DNA of 64,000 nucleotides from Octopus sinensis (taxonomy: Eukaryota), in contig NC_043000.1 in assembly GCF_006345805.1 (NCBI RefSeq), positions 163,742,001 through 163,806,000 of the forward strand. The letters are read 5' to 3'. Of the stretch, positions 1-13,539 are shown piece after piece. The notes beneath the pieces were generated by a model, which had not been told where the DNA came from, made no database searches, and worked only from the letters and a program-made list of their open reading frames with translations. Positions within the stretch are counted from its first letter, which is position 1, and the number at the start of each line of letters is the position of its first letter. The position numbers were made by a program, and so were the translations under genes.

Positions 1-1545
1 GTCTTCACAGGTACACTCCACCAGTATTCCTTTTTATAAGTGGCTATGGCTTGTACTATATTGTGGGTTTTTATTTCTTTGTTCTCGGGATTATCCTTCC
101 GACGGATTTCATTATAGAGTGCCCGAGCTACAACATCATGTCTCATCGGTAGATAATACCGTGATGACATTTTCGGACGACTGTTTATGATGTGATTGAT
201 ATCTTCAGTGTAAACTCCACAAAGTCTGCATCGGTTGTCACATTTTACGGTTTTTCCCGCATCTCTATCCCTTTTGTGCATCAGGTACTTAGTTGATATC
301 TCCTGTTCCTGGATTGCAAATGCACACCCTTCAAAGTGGGAGTTAATAATCCAGCTATTCGTCCATGATAAACTGCTTTGATGATCGATGTTACTTTCAT
401 CACGGAGCTTTCTTCTAATATATCCATGCATAGCCTTGTGCTCATACAGGCTCATCCTTTCATCTGATGATGTGTTGCAGTAGAGTTATGCGACTTCTTT
501 GGGCAGGTATTCTATGTTATCAGACAGAGTGTTGCTCAAGGAGATGCCTTCAAAGCCCTATGATGTTATCAGCTTCATGTATGCAAACTTGGTCAAAGGA
601 TGTACTTCGACGCTTGGTAGTTAAAAGATGTTGCTGAAGGGATATGATGCGACAATCAAAGGCATTTTGGATCGATGTTAGTCCTCTACCGCCTTGTTTA
701 CATTTTAGGTAGAGGCGGTCTACGTCACTGTTTATGTGGAAATTATGTGTGCTTCTTAGTATTTTTCGGGTTTTCACATCAATGACTCGGACCTTATAAA
801 GCGTCCAATCAAGCAGCCCAAATGTTGGTATGAGTACTGGCACTGCAAACACATTGTCGGCCACTGTTTTATTAAAGGTAGAGAGTTCTGAGATCAAAAT
901 TTTTTTTATTCAGCTGTAATATTCTTTAGTGACATGTGTTTTGTTACAGGTGCCACTGTAAGATATATTTTCATCCACCCCTAGATACCTGTAACATACC
1001 TCGTCAGATACAGGGGAAACAGTCAAATCATTGACGGAAGTGCTAATAGTCTGGTTAATAGTCCCCACCCCCTTTCACAACCAAATATCAACATTTATCT
1101 TGACCAAATTCCAACCCTACATCATTTGAGAGTGTTGTAACTAGGTCAAGACTCTTTTTCATCTCATGCATATTCTTTGCAAAAAGTTTTAAATCATCCA
1201 CAAAGAAACATTGTGTAATTTTGGTATTTCTGTTTCCTTGTGAACCAGCGAGTTATCCTTCACACTTCCTTAACATGAATGACAAAGGGTTTACAGAAAG
1301 TATAAACAACATCACAGAGAGGTTGTCTCCTTGAAATATGTGTTTAATTTCAAGATGGTGGCCCACGATGAATTCAGGTCAGTTATGGCTTTGACTATTC
1401 TCATTGGAACCTTAGCAAGAATCCATGAGTGGGGAACAGAGTCAAAGGCTTTCTTGTAATAAAGCCACATTGAAACTAGGTTCCTCCAATGCTCCCGCAC
1501 CTGTCTAATCACAGTTTGTTGCCAAACAAATAATTTCCGTTTCCT
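1..1545 (-). mobile_element. Decayed R4/Dong-clade non-LTR retrotransposon (RT + zinc knuckle), runs off the left edge
   Basis: Minus-strand translation with stops and frameshifts: RNLVSMWLYYKKAFDSVPHSWIL (1312-1512), LSVMLFILSVNPLSFML...FFVDDLKLFA (~1180-1320), YRYLGVDEN (~970-995), DVDRLYLKCKQGGRGL (550-897) and CRLCGVYTEDINHIINSRPKMSSRYYLPMRHDVVA (~135-240). These match RT and CCHC-knuckle motifs of RLE-type LINEs; the IFQGD segment is deleted. Confidence 0.9.
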
Positions 1546-1839
1546 TTGGGGAGCGAATTTCTATTGAATCCGTCATTAATCGAAGGGCTCAGATGGTGAT
1601 GTCGCAGTTTGTCTTTGTTTTTAATCTAAATTGTTTACTCCATGTGTGTGCTTCCATACTCTGCTGCGATTATTTCAAGAATATGTAAATATACGCTTAG
1701 CTGGACTGAGAAATGAAAGGCGATAATAGAAGATTTGGATGGGGGAATTAGAATTATTGATTTTAAGACAGTAGCTGTGATTTGATGGCGGCATGACTGT
1801 TATTTCTCACTCGCTGAGTTAATGGAGAAGTATTGTCAT

Positions 1840-2220
1840 TTGTCGGTTGCTATTGTTTGGTCCCGGGTTAGGCTCCGAGAGTAAGGTAACCTCTACACTG
1901 TCGCTTGACCGGCTGGAAGTAGCTCAGTTCTCCTCTAATCACACGTATCGTCTTAAGAATTTTACAATTCGATAATGTAATTCTGGATATATAAAATGAG
2001 GTGGGATGATCGCAGGATGTCTTCGGCCATAAGTCTGCTCAATCAGACGAAATTTGGGTTAATCAACAATAACGGCCAAATCTCTCTCTAAAAAAAAAAA
2101 ACAGAAAGAACAAATTGAACAATACACTAATAACATTAGAAAATCACAGGATGGTCACGGCTGGAACGTGTTTATTTATAGCTCAGTCGAGGCTGGCATA
2201 GGGCTAAACAACAACACTTT
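1840..2220. repeat. Decayed unclassified interspersed repeat; related pieces at ~17870-18060, 28720-28830, 35000-35130 and 50400-50830
   Basis: Shared motifs recur on both strands, such as gctagaaatagcag..aaatc, ggatggtcacggctggaa / ttccagccataatcat and ctgctcaatcag / ctgatcgagcag. Boundaries are approximate. Confidence 0.4.
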
Positions 2221-2485
2221 CAACTGTGATCAGTCACCTACTTTATTTTACATGTAAATCTCTCCAACCGAAACCACCTACGCTAAGCCTCCAACAACAC
2301 CACCCACCACCCTCATCTGCACTTCCGACATCAGCACCCCTATCGACACCCCGACCATCGATACTACGCCGTTGTTAGTACGTAATTACAGGAGACAGTC
2401 AGTCGTGGAGGCCTTGAAGAATGTTCTCTAACCCCATAAATTAAAGCCTACACCCTTAAACCACGCCGATCCTCCCACTCTTTCT

Positions 2486-2556
2486 ACACACACACACACA
2501 CACACACTCCTGTCCCTCTCATCCCCTCTCTCCTCAGCTAAGTAGCATAATCCTTA

Positions 2557-2599
<43 letters not shown>

Positions 2600-2753
2600 G
2601 TTTACACATAAAAGTACAAAAGCATACAAACATACACATATTTCTATTTCTGACCCCTAGGTCCAATATCCTCTCCATCTTTCTTTCTCGCTCTCTCTTT
2701 CTCACACATTCTCTAGCTATCTCTGTCTCGCTCTTCATTCTCTTGTCTGTCTG

Positions 2754-2816
<63 letters not shown>
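2486..2816. repeat. (CA)n and (CT)n microsatellite cluster
   Basis: Directly visible. Confidence 0.95.
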
Positions 2817-2822
<6 letters not shown>

Positions 2823-3309
2823 ATATATTCTTTTGTTTCGTTTTAGCCATCACAGCCAAGGCTATGCTGGAGCACATCCCTTCTGACTTGAATGATTTGG
2901 TACTTTAGCCAAATTTGGGTTTTACAACGACTGTAAGCAGCACGTCTGTACAATATGTTCGTTGACAACCAAAGAAGGAACAGCTGTAAAGCTACATTTT
3001 GATGTTTCGATTCTTGCTGCAATCTTTGTCAATAATTGTGTACCCTCCTTAATTACCTGCAAAAACGCAGCTCATAAACCCACTAATTTTAAAGGTTGAA
3101 ATAAACTGGGTAGACCAGTTTGCATATTCAATTAATGGTCTTTCGTTTTCTTGTTATGATTTACTAAAGAACAAATCTCTGTAAAATGCAATTTGCATAT
3201 TCAAATCACTGATTTGTTCCCGGTGCTTCCTTTTATTACTACAGAACACGTCTATGTATCTTGTATAGATGTATTATGAAAATACAAACTACGCTTCACG
3301 AAAACATTC

Positions 3310-3590
3310 AGGATCCTGAAATACGAGAAGAAACAGCTGTTAATTTCGCTGACCAGATCTGAAATATGCATTTACCCTCTTCAGAGAGGATTACTTCAGG
3401 ATAACTGCAACCAAAAGCCAGTTGATAGACTCTAAATGCAGCAGGGCAGGAATCACTGTAAACCTTCTCTCGCCATGCCACTGCTGCCAAAGCTGGTAGC
3501 AGCCATACAAACTCCAACGTTGACCATTTTCAACCTAACTAGCAACTCTTACAAACTTCTCTTCCACCTTAGCCCAGTTTTCCTAGGATT
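3310..3590 (-). mobile_element. Possible L1/Tx1-type ORF2 remnant (region after the RT domain)
   Basis: Minus frame with stops, ENWAKVEEKFVRVAS*VENGQRWSLYG...RRFTVIPALL, resembles the Tx1 pattern NW.EV..KV...W..RKLSLKG...YRLTVVP. Weak, by-eye match. Confidence 0.3.
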
Positions 3591-3854
3591 ACGAGATCGA
3601 GTGCGCACACGTTAAACTCTGAGTAGCAAAGGAGTGAATCAGCGTCTGATTCCTTATAGATAAAAAACTCTGCCCCGGTACTTTTTCTTTATTTTGTAAA
3701 CAGGAACGCACGTGATCACGTGCACACACACAAACTTACAAGCAGACACAAACGCATACATTCATATTTGCTTATTTTCATTTAATTTATGCAAATTACC
3801 CAGACCATAAATATTTTCTACTCTTTGTGCATCTGTGAATGTCCTTCGGCTGCT

Positions 3855-3934
3855 GGAGATAAGTTAGGACATTTATCGATCTGATGACGCCTGTTGAGGC
3901 AGAAAGATATGATTGCAAGTGTCCTCTTATCTCC
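3855..3934 (+). ncRNA. Type I minimal hammerhead ribozyme motif with a decayed cleavage site, in PLE terminal-repeat-like DNA
   Basis: CTGATGA 3881-3887, stem II gcct/gttg/aggc, then GAAA-gata-TG. Long enclosing stem I: ggagataag(tt)aggacattt pairs with aagtgtcctcttatctcc. N17 is G. Confidence 0.6.
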
Positions 3935-5044
3935 TTAATGACATGTCCACTTTGGTTAATTCTTGATTTTTGAGATTATCTCCCCTTTATTTGGAGCTAT
4001 TTTCAGTTGTCATTTGGCAATTGTGACGTAACTTCTTGATCCTGAGATTTTTATGTTGTATGGTATTTAATATACCTGTATTTTTCTACCTCTTTCTCTC
4101 ATTCTATTTCTTTCTCTTGGTCCCTTTCCCCGTATACTCACATATACATATGTACGCATGTGTGTGCGAGTGTAAGCTTCACTTTTTCTTTATTTCTCCG
4201 TCGTCGCTTCCTCTTTCTCTCTGTCACTCTCGGTTGTCTTCTTTGCTTCTTTCTGACGCTCATTCAGTTGCTATTTTTCTCACGCACAGCCTGTAATTTT
4301 TTCTTCTTTTTGCCACTTTCCTGCTTTCTTTGTTCCATATTTAAACGTAAAAAATATATCCAAAACGGAAAATGAAAGACAAAAACCGAAGACTCCATAG
4401 AAGGCGACAGTTTTAATCCGTACCAGACGATAATTTCAATCATAGACATGGAAGGTGTCTCGACCTGGCGACTCGATATGCTAGAAATAACCTTCAAATC
4501 TCACCTAACTACCATAAAAAAAGGCTGGGCATCGATGTATGAAATCATTATATACTGTGCCTGAAAAAAATCAAAATGGTCACGGCAGGAGCGCCTTTGA
4601 TTATAGGTCTGAACTGGGAGCTGAATCACTATTGCTACTGCTGCTACTATTGTACTATTAAACAGCTACAGTCCGTATGAATAGACACTCAAGGCGTCTA
4701 CTGATTATGTTAAAATGTTAGTGGTGAATGTTAAGTGCAGAAATATCCGCTAAGCAATGGATCAATCAACCGATCAATCAATCGATACGCATTTATCTCA
4801 CGCAAGCGTGATAAATAAAAGTGTATGGCTTGGCTTTTTTCCTAATCACATGCATAGATTAACAGAGAAAAGTGGTTAGTTCTGGGTTTCAACTATGATA
4901 TTTTTATTCCTTAGCCGTATCGGTAGGCTGCCACGTATACTGTACGTTTCCTGTGTCTTTTGTGAAGAGTTTTAACATTTATTTTGTCTTTTTGCTTAGC
5001 CTTATTCTTGAATCATAAATTTTCCAAAGCTGTCCGTCTCTTGT

Positions 5045-5251
<207 letters not shown>

Positions 5252-5452
5252 ATATACCTACACACAGACACATGTATTTACACACATTCATTCGTATCTA
5301 GATAGATAGGTGTGCAGAGCTCATAATTTCAATGACCTTAGCTCGATTTCCAGACCGAGTGATACTTTGCTCTCTTCATGAAAGCAACTTCATTTCTTCA
5401 AATAACTCTACCGACTGTGGAAATTTAGTACCAGGCGTACGCTAGTACACTG

Positions 5453-5485
<33 letters not shown>

Positions 5486-5743
5486 AAATTAGATAGGGGT
5501 TGTAAATTCAACCCTCCATGGGATAACATATATCCAATATACTGCTAGAGAGGTACCCAACAAAACTAATACATAAATGTTAAAAATTGCGATGTATTTC
5601 TATTTCTATTTCTATGTCTTGTTATATTTGTAATATATTATGTATAATATAACTGCTGTTGTGTAATGGTTTAATAAAGTATTGATTGGGTATTATCTGA
5701 TGGTTGATGATTGATTTAGGTATATTTCTCCATTTTCTCATTT

Positions 5744-5789
<46 letters not shown>

Positions 5790-6701
5790 ATTCTTTATCT
5801 TTATCTTTCTCTCTTTCTTTCTCTGTCTCTGCCTGTCTCTCTCTCTCTCTTTTCGCCAACTCTCATTCTCTAGATGTACCACTGGACTGAGCATGGATAA
5901 GCCAAACAGTTGTCCACACAAGCACCCAAGACAATTACAAAACATGGGTCATGCCACCAAGTTATGCTCACTTGTAAGTGGTGGTTATGGTCATATAAGT
6001 TTATGCCTTCACGCAAACTGGATCCCGAGCAACTTATATACTTCTTTGAAAAAAATGCTGTGGCTCCACGAGATAAGGTGTCTTTTAAAATGATTCATAA
6101 AAATCTTCTTTTTTAAAAAAATTAAAAGAAAATAGTATTCAGAATTTAAAAATAAATGTTATGAATAAATCTTCCCACTAAAATAATTTTATGTCTTAAT
6201 AAAGTGTCTTAATAAAATTACGGAAATGTACTTGTCTGGCAAGAGACTTGATCTGAGACTTTGTATTAAAACTAAAACTAAAACAGTTAAGAAGACTCGT
6301 AGTAACCATTGAAAACACACAATCACTGTTAACTTGCTTAAACATTTATTATTTGGTGTCAGAATTTTCGTTGCACCTATTGCGACTGTCATGGTTCTAC
6401 TGACTAAGTTCCATTGTAGTTAACAGTCTTTCCGTTTTGAATGGCTATGTACCTCCAACATTGAAATTTTTTTATTGAAATTAGTTGTCTATAAAATATA
6501 TGTATGAAAAATCATAAATGGGTTTCACAACTAAATAAGTTTGAGAACTACCTCACTGAATGGTTGAAGGTTTTTCTATACTAGATGATCTATATGGCTT
6601 CATTATACTAAACGATCAATACAGCCAGCAGAAAATAGCTGGTTAGGGAAGAATACATGAACACTTTGCAACCGTTTTAAATTGAATATAAAATCTCAGC
6701 C

Positions 6702-6920
6702 ATTGCAGCGTGGAAGATGTAAGTCAGGCATTCAGAAACACATAGAGACCATTAAATTAACTTAAACACTTATTTGGTGTCAGAGTTTTCGACGCTCGAA
6801 ACTGTCAGCGAAAAGGTCGCAGCGAAAAGTTCTGACACCATACAATAAATAAATGTTTAAATGAAGTTAAGAGTCTTTGTGTGTTTCTAAACGGCTAACT
6901 CATGTCTCCCACGCTGCAAT
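6702..6920. mobile_element. Foldback/MITE-like element, ~95-100 bp imperfect inverted arms around a ~25 bp spacer; third partial arm at ~6300-6385
   Basis: Left arm attgcagcgtgg...cagaaacacatagagacc...tttggtgtcagagttttcgacgc (6702-6795) is the reverse complement of gcagcgaaaagttctgacacca...ccacgctgcaat (6819-6920). Confidence 0.8.
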
Positions 6921-7638
6921 CGCTTTAGTTTCAGCAGACGACTTCAGATAAAAACACTAGTTATGTAAGTACTTCTCCGTATCATGAAATTGCGTTCGAC
7001 CGCAAGAACAATTACAGAGTTTACACACTTACTTTTTAAATATGAATCAAATATATTCAATGTACTAAGAACCAAATAAAATTATAACAGCTGGTTCAAA
7101 ACAACAAATATTACAGCAGCCAACCGAGAAAACTTTGTGGTTATTTAGTTAGAAATAGCAGCCAATCGCTCTCAACTCATTTAAATTGTTGCGCTAGACA
7201 CATGAATTGGAGCGGAAAGGTGTGAAAATTACGACTGGAACAATTTTCATTGTATATTAGTTCTAATACAGCTGACTTGCATCAATAGTAGTCACTCTTA
7301 TTCAAGCACTTTAAACTTGGCAAAAAATCAAACATTCCGAAGAGTGATATGAAAATCACTTTGAACTTATGAGCCGTTTTGCTAACTTTGTTACCAAAGG
7401 GTGAGCATACATTTTATTCATACTCACGCTAATGTAGGGATTTGTACTTAGTCCTTGAAAGCAAAATTATGTATCAGCATGCGGGGGACTAATATTTTGT
7501 TCCCCACCTAAAAGGATATGAGCCAGGATTTTGTCTAAGTAGACTATAACATCCTGTTTCTAATAAGGCTTCATAGAAATTTATTTCATTTATATCCAAG
7601 CATTGGTAACCTTAGAAACTTGCTATTTTCAAATTCTT

Positions 7639-7682
7639 TGACGGTGTACTTATGGTCATGTGACGGTGTACTTATGGTCATG
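7639..7682. repeat. Perfect 22-bp tandem duplication
   Basis: tgacggtgtacttatggtcatg x2. Confidence 0.95.
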
Positions 7683-7698
7683 TGCTTGAATATAGATA

Positions 7699-7945
7699 TT
7701 GGGTTGGTACATAATTATGGCAGCTTTTTTTCAACAAATTTTATTCAACAAAAACAATAACATGTATCAAAAACATCTTTAATGATTATTCCGGAGCATA
7801 TTCACCATCTACTTCATTTACTGTTTCCCATTTGTTTGGCAGATGGTCAGACCGTTATTTAAAGGTGTTTTTATTAAATATTGTTATTGTTTTTGTTGAA
7901 TAAAATTTGTTGAAAAAAAGCCGCAATAATTATGCACCAACCCAA
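7699..7945. mobile_element. Mariner-type MITE with ~64-bp TIRs and TA target-site duplication
   Basis: TA|ttgggttggtacataattatggcagctttttttcaacaaatt... and ...aatttgttgaaaaaaagccgcaataattatgcaccaacccaa|TA. The terminus resembles mariner TIRs (TTAGGTTGGTGCA...). Confidence 0.9.
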
Positions 7946-7975
7946 TATATATATGTATATATGTTTATATATACA

Positions 7976-8022
<47 letters not shown>

Positions 8023-8092
8023 GTGCGCGCGTGTGTGTGTATATGTGTGTGTGCGCGTGTGTGTGTGTGCGCGCGCGCGCGCGCGTGTGTGT
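7946..8092. repeat. Alternating purine-pyrimidine tract (TA/TG/CG)n, Z-DNA-prone
   Basis: Includes a (CG)~8 run at ~8069-8085. Confidence 0.9.
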
Positions 8093-9315
8093 GGTTAATA
8101 GGTGCCTATTGTTTTAGGTTCCTCTCTGGAATGTCTAAGCAAAGTCGAGTTTGAATTCAGAACACAAAATAGATAATGCAACGTATGGCTTCTATAACTT
8201 TACTACTATTGATGGTGCTGGTGATGGTGGTAGTTCTGTCCCATGTCAGTTCTGATCAAGTAGACCTGTTTTCAAAATCATTCCATTTCTGACCATACAG
8301 TTCTGTTTCACAATGCGCAGTGCACCCAGGGTTACATTACCAAGCCTGTCCTACTTTCTTTCCATGACGTAAAATAATGATCCAGGAGAGATTTGGCTAC
8401 AAATTCCAGCAGATCGTACGACCACATTGAGTCTCCCTTCACTGACCTGCTATTACCCTTTAACCCCAGACCAACCCTGATTCAACGGACATTCAAAGAT
8501 ATTCCGCTACTTATGCAGTTCTCCCACTCAGATAAAATAAATCTAGGATTACATGGTCTAATGTGTCATTCACTTCTTTCAAGATGGTAGGATGTAATTA
8601 GAGAAGATGTTATTTCTTGCAAGTCGAGCCAGTGATTGTCAGATTTCTGCGTACAACCATATTTCCTTATTTCTTTCTACATTTTAATAATCTAAGGAAT
8701 GTTTTCTGCTCTGCAAATTTCTAATATTCAAAGAAACTTGATATCCTTTTAAAATACTGTCTATAGGTTTCTATGGAATTTAAAAATACATTTTTTACAC
8801 TATACTTCATACCTTTTCTTTTTTCTTTTCTCGCCAATTTTCTTCTTATTCAATTTAATTAATGGCCACTCCGGGGTTTGCTTCAAGTTATTTCATGTGT
8901 GTATATGTGTGTATATGTGTGTGTATGTGTGTTCGTTAGTGTATTAAATGGAATATGCATGCTATGACTATCGTACACTTAAAATCAACAAATGAATTTG
9001 GATATCAACTTCAAAATACCATATTCTCAAAGTAGAAAATCATAATTACGATGTGTCTCTGTGTGTATGTATATATATGTATATATATAGGTAGGTAGAC
9101 AGATAGAGAGAGAGAGGGGGAGAAAGAGAGAAAGCGGTAGAAATGTATATATATATATATATATATATATGCATATACGTATATTATGTGTGCGCGCATG
9201 TGTGTATATACATAAAAATATTTACATATATAATACAGATATGCTTATGCGTATATATTATAGATATATATACGCTTGAATGTCTGCATAATATATATAT
9301 ATATATACACATATA

Positions 9316-9351
<36 letters not shown>

Positions 9352-9775
9352 TGTGTGTATGTATGTATTAGATATGTAATGCACCCAACGCCTTGTGATA
9401 TCTAATTCATAATTCGCCCTCACATCTCTAAGTTCAATTCCCTTAGGCAGGGGTGGATTTTTTCTTTTTGTCTAGCATGGCGAGAAAGGCGATAAAATGT
9501 ATTCAAATATGATACAGAAGCCGAGTCACTTTACTTTAGCCCTCCCAAGATACACACATAAAATACATAACATGCATCTTCCCACACACGCAATACTGAA
9601 TGTTTCAAAGCGTAATCAATATTGTATTTTTTACCATATTAAAACCTCGTTTTTTCTTTTATGATAAATATTTTCCTTACCTCATTGAAACTAGATTTTA
9701 TACCTTTGTGGCAACATATACTGATGATACGCGAAATGATATATTTCATCTCTTCCTAGATATCATTAACTTTTG

Positions 9776-9975
9776 TAGGTAGTAGATTGGTAGAAACGTT
9801 AAAGCGTCAGACAAAATGAAAGCGATATGTAATTATGGTTAAAATCTCGCAGAGCCTGATTGTAACTTTCCATCTTCGGGTGTCGATAAAATAAAACACC
9901 AGTCGAGTATGTGGAGTCGATTTAATTCAATATAAATCTCCCACAAATTTGAAGCTTTGTGCTTCAATATACTAA
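9776..9975 (+). mobile_element. tRNA-derived SINE, family B here (decayed)
   Basis: A-box-like ggtagaaacgttaa and core ctttccatcttcgggtgtcgataaaat, shared with the other family B copies. Confidence 0.7.
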
Positions 9976-10119
9976 ATGTTCGGGTTAAGTTTGGCAACAT
10001 TTTATGTCTGTTTTTTTCAGGAACACTTAATGTATTGGTGAACCGTTAAAGTTGTAGTTGAGAGAGGGTTAGCTGATGTGGAGGACTAGAATAGTGGGAA
10101 AGAGTTACCTGTATTATAA

Positions 10120-10277
10120 CGATTCGCACCGAATCATAAGGCTGTTAGATGTGACATGGACATCATGAAAATCAAGTTCCCCAAACTGTGATGGCCTTTG
10201 GATGTGTCTACATTAGTGGTAGCGTTATGCTGCCCAACAAATTTGAACAGGGCCTCAGGTTCAATTCACGCGGCTAA
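10120..10277 (+). mobile_element. Tc1/mariner transposase fragment, DD37D/maT-like
   Basis: With one frameshift: MKIKFP(Q)TVMAFGCVYISGSVMLPNKFEQGLRFNSRG*, matching the KFP.TVMVFGCVS.EG.VMPP.FF..GLR.NS pattern. Confidence 0.75.
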
Positions 10278-10634
10278 CATTAACGCCACGCAGTGATTAG
10301 GAATAAACGAACTTTAAGTAAGTTAAAATATGTCAAACATATTTAAAACTAACCTAGGATTAATTTATTCATAATAACTGCTTGGCGTTGATATTGCTAT
10401 TTTTATTCTCACCGGGGGTCCATTACCGCAACTTAGCCACTGATGTTGACTGCTGTTTAGCTAAAACTAAGACTTTGAATCTGGTCAGAAACGCCGCTAG
10501 AGGGGAACACTGGGCAGACATGGTGATTTTACACCTTTTTGCATAAGAGACATTTTATTTTTCTTTGTGGTAACTGCATTGAATTTGCCTTTATAAATTA
10601 AAATATGTCACAAACCTGTTTTGACTAACCTAAA

Positions 10635-10677
<43 letters not shown>

Positions 10678-10758
10678 TACATACATACATACATACACAC
10701 ACATACATACATACTTACATACATACATGCATACAAACAGACAGACAGTCAGACAGAC

Positions 10759-10807
<49 letters not shown>

Positions 10808-10808
<1 letters not shown>

Positions 10809-11300
10809 GTGCAGGAGTGGCTGTGTAGTAAGTAGCTTGCTTACTAACTACATGGTTCCAGATTCAGTCCCACTGCGTGGCACCTTGGGCAAGTGTATTC
10901 TATTATACCCTCGGGGCGACCAAAGCCTTGTGGGTGGATTTGGTAGACAGAAACTGAAAGAAGCCCGTCGTATGTATGTATATATATATATATATATAAT
11001 GTATGTATGTATGTATGTATGTATGTATGTATGTGTGTGTGTATGTGTATGTGTGTGCATGTGTGTCTGTGTAAGTGTATATGTGTATATGTTTGTGTCT
11101 CTGTGTTTGCCCCCCCCCCCCCATCGCTTGACAACCGATGCTGGTGTGTTTACGTCCCCGGTTCGGCGAAAGACACCAATAGAATAAGTACTAGGCTTAC
11201 AAAGAACAAGTCCTGGGGTTGATTTGCGCGACAAAAAAAGCAGTACTCCAGCATGGTCACAGTCAAATGACTGAAACGAGTAAAAGAATAAAAGTAAAGA
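10808..11300 (+). mobile_element. tRNA-derived CORE-like SINE, family A here (similar in type to the octopus OK/OR SINEs), with internal microsatellite
   Basis: Head ggtgcaggagtggctgtgtagtaag..gattcagtcc, core caccttgggcaagtg, 3' end cagtcaaatgactgaaacgagtaaaagaataaaag. Same as the copies at 43427-43919 and 59465-59885. Confidence 0.9.
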
Positions 11301-11367
11301 ATATATATATATATATACCTAACGAGAAATTAGAAATTTCAAGGGAATATGAAATAATCAGGAGTTT

Positions 11368-11636
11368 GTTTTTCTTTGAATAGCGAAATTCGAACCAGAT
11401 GAAACTATAAATATGTATCAATATTGGACTGAAAGAAGAACAAAAACCTTTGGTTCGAAAAAGTCGAAGGCTGCCCTTGGGACGCGAACCTGCATTTTCT
11501 GTAAATATGACAGACCTTGTACTACGAGTAGGTAGCCTTCGACTTTTTCTGTCCAAACGTTTTTTTACCCAGTATTCACACGCTATCATTTATAGTTTTA
11601 TCTGCTTCGAGTTTCACCGTTCCCAAAAAAGAAATA
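11368..11636. mobile_element. MITE/foldback element with long imperfect inverted arms
   Basis: gcgaaattcgaaccagatgaaactataaat pairs with atttatagttttatctgcttcgagtttcac; aaaaacctttggttcgaaaaagtcgaaggctgcc pairs with ggtagccttcgactttttctgtccaaacgttttt. Confidence 0.75.
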
Positions 11637-11686
11637 TATAATGATATCAATATACATATATATATATATATATACATACATGGGTT

Positions 11687-11739
<53 letters not shown>

Positions 11740-11899
11740 GGAAGAGATATATAGGGAAGAAGATACACACACACACACACACACACGCATATAGCCAGTT
11801 CAACGAATTTTAACATAGAATATAGGACCACCGTGTCAAACTAAAGGAAATGAATATAGACACAGGTTTCAGAAAATAAACACATACCATAGTAGAAAA

Positions 11900-12443
11900 C
11901 AGCGGCGGCGGAAGCGATGGAGGCGGCAGTGGTGGCGGCGGTGGAAACGGTGGTGGCAGTGGCGGTTGCAGTGGCGGCGGTAGTGGTGATATCATTGGGG
12001 GGGTTGGGCGGAGATTGTGATGTAGAAGGTTGTATTTGTGGTGATAACGTTTGTGGTGTTGGTGTTGGTGGTGGTGGTGGTGGTTGTTGGTGGTGGTGGT
12101 GGTGGTGTTGGTGGTGGTGGTGGTGGTGGTGGTGGTGGTGGTGGTTGGTGGGGGGGTGGTGGTGGTGGTGGTGGCATGACTAAAGCAATTATTTATAAAA
12201 GTATTTGTCGTTGTGATTTATTGTTGTTGATGTTATTTACGTTGTTTGATCTCCACTTTCTTGTTTAGCTCTTTGTTGTTGTTATCGTTGTTGTTGTGGT
12301 TATTGCTTTCACCCGTTGTCGTTGTGTGGTCTCTTTGTTTGTTTTTTTGTTTGTTTTGCTCTTCTTTTTCAGATTTTCGTTTTTGTTGTCAATGAAATTG
12401 TTGTTGTTATTGTCAACGTGGTTAATGTCATTTGTTGTTGCCG

Positions 12444-12483
<40 letters not shown>

Positions 12484-12803
12484 GTAATGTCTTGTTTGTT
12501 TGGCTGGATTGCTCCATCCTTTATGAATCTTGTATTTTCTCTTACTTTCACCCTTCGTTGTCTTTCTCGCTCTTTCCATTTATTCTTTCCTTCTTCTTAT
12601 CGCTCTTACTTTATAGGAGGAATTTCGTCATAAAATTCTCAGAAAACAATAAAAAAAAATGCAATAGCAACAACTACTACTACAACCATTATTATCATTA
12701 TTATTATTATTATTATTCATAATTATTAATTATATTATCATTATCATCATCATCATCATCATCAATTATCATTACATCACATTATCATCATCATTCATCA
12801 TCA

Positions 12804-12873
<70 letters not shown>

Positions 12874-12890
12874 CATTATTATTATATATA
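11900..12890. repeat. Trinucleotide microsatellite field: (GGC/GGT)n, (TTG)n, (ATT/ATC)n
   Basis: Directly visible; explains the poly-G/P/T/Q ORFs. Confidence 0.95.
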
Positions 12891-13269
12891 GAGAGAGAGT
12901 TGAAAAAATTGCGTAAATTTATTACCATCATTATATCATTCCCTTAGGATAAGTATCTCTTTCAGCGTATGCTTGTGTGGGTTTCTATTTTGAATTATGT
13001 ATTTATGTGTATATGTAAATATGTGTGTATGTGTGTACATAGGGGATTGCGTAAATGGAATTGAATTAGGAGATAAATGGAATATTTATTGGATGAATAG
13101 AGTGTCCTATAAACTTTATTTAATATTTGAGAGGTGTATGTATGTATATATGCATGTATTTATTCATACACACTCATATATATGTATATATATGTATATA
13201 TATATATACATACATAAATATATATATATACATAATATATATATATATATATTTATGTATGTGTATTAT

Positions 13270-13343
<74 letters not shown>

Positions 13344-13539
13344 TATATTTATATATATATACGCGTATATTTATATATATGTACGCAACATAAACGCGAA
13401 TGTTGTGCATAATGTACGCTCGCGCGAACGCACACTTGCACATACATACGTATTTATTCATATATTTATATACATAATAATCCATAGGGTGCACACAAAA
13501 CAGCGTACATCCACACAATAATGTATCCTTTCATTCATA

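Noticed and set aside
4377-4562. Open stretch KTEDSIEGDSFNPYQTIISIIDMEGVSTWRLDMLEITFK
   Set aside because: No recognisable motif or splice frame; possibly a LINE ORF1 relic but unsupported
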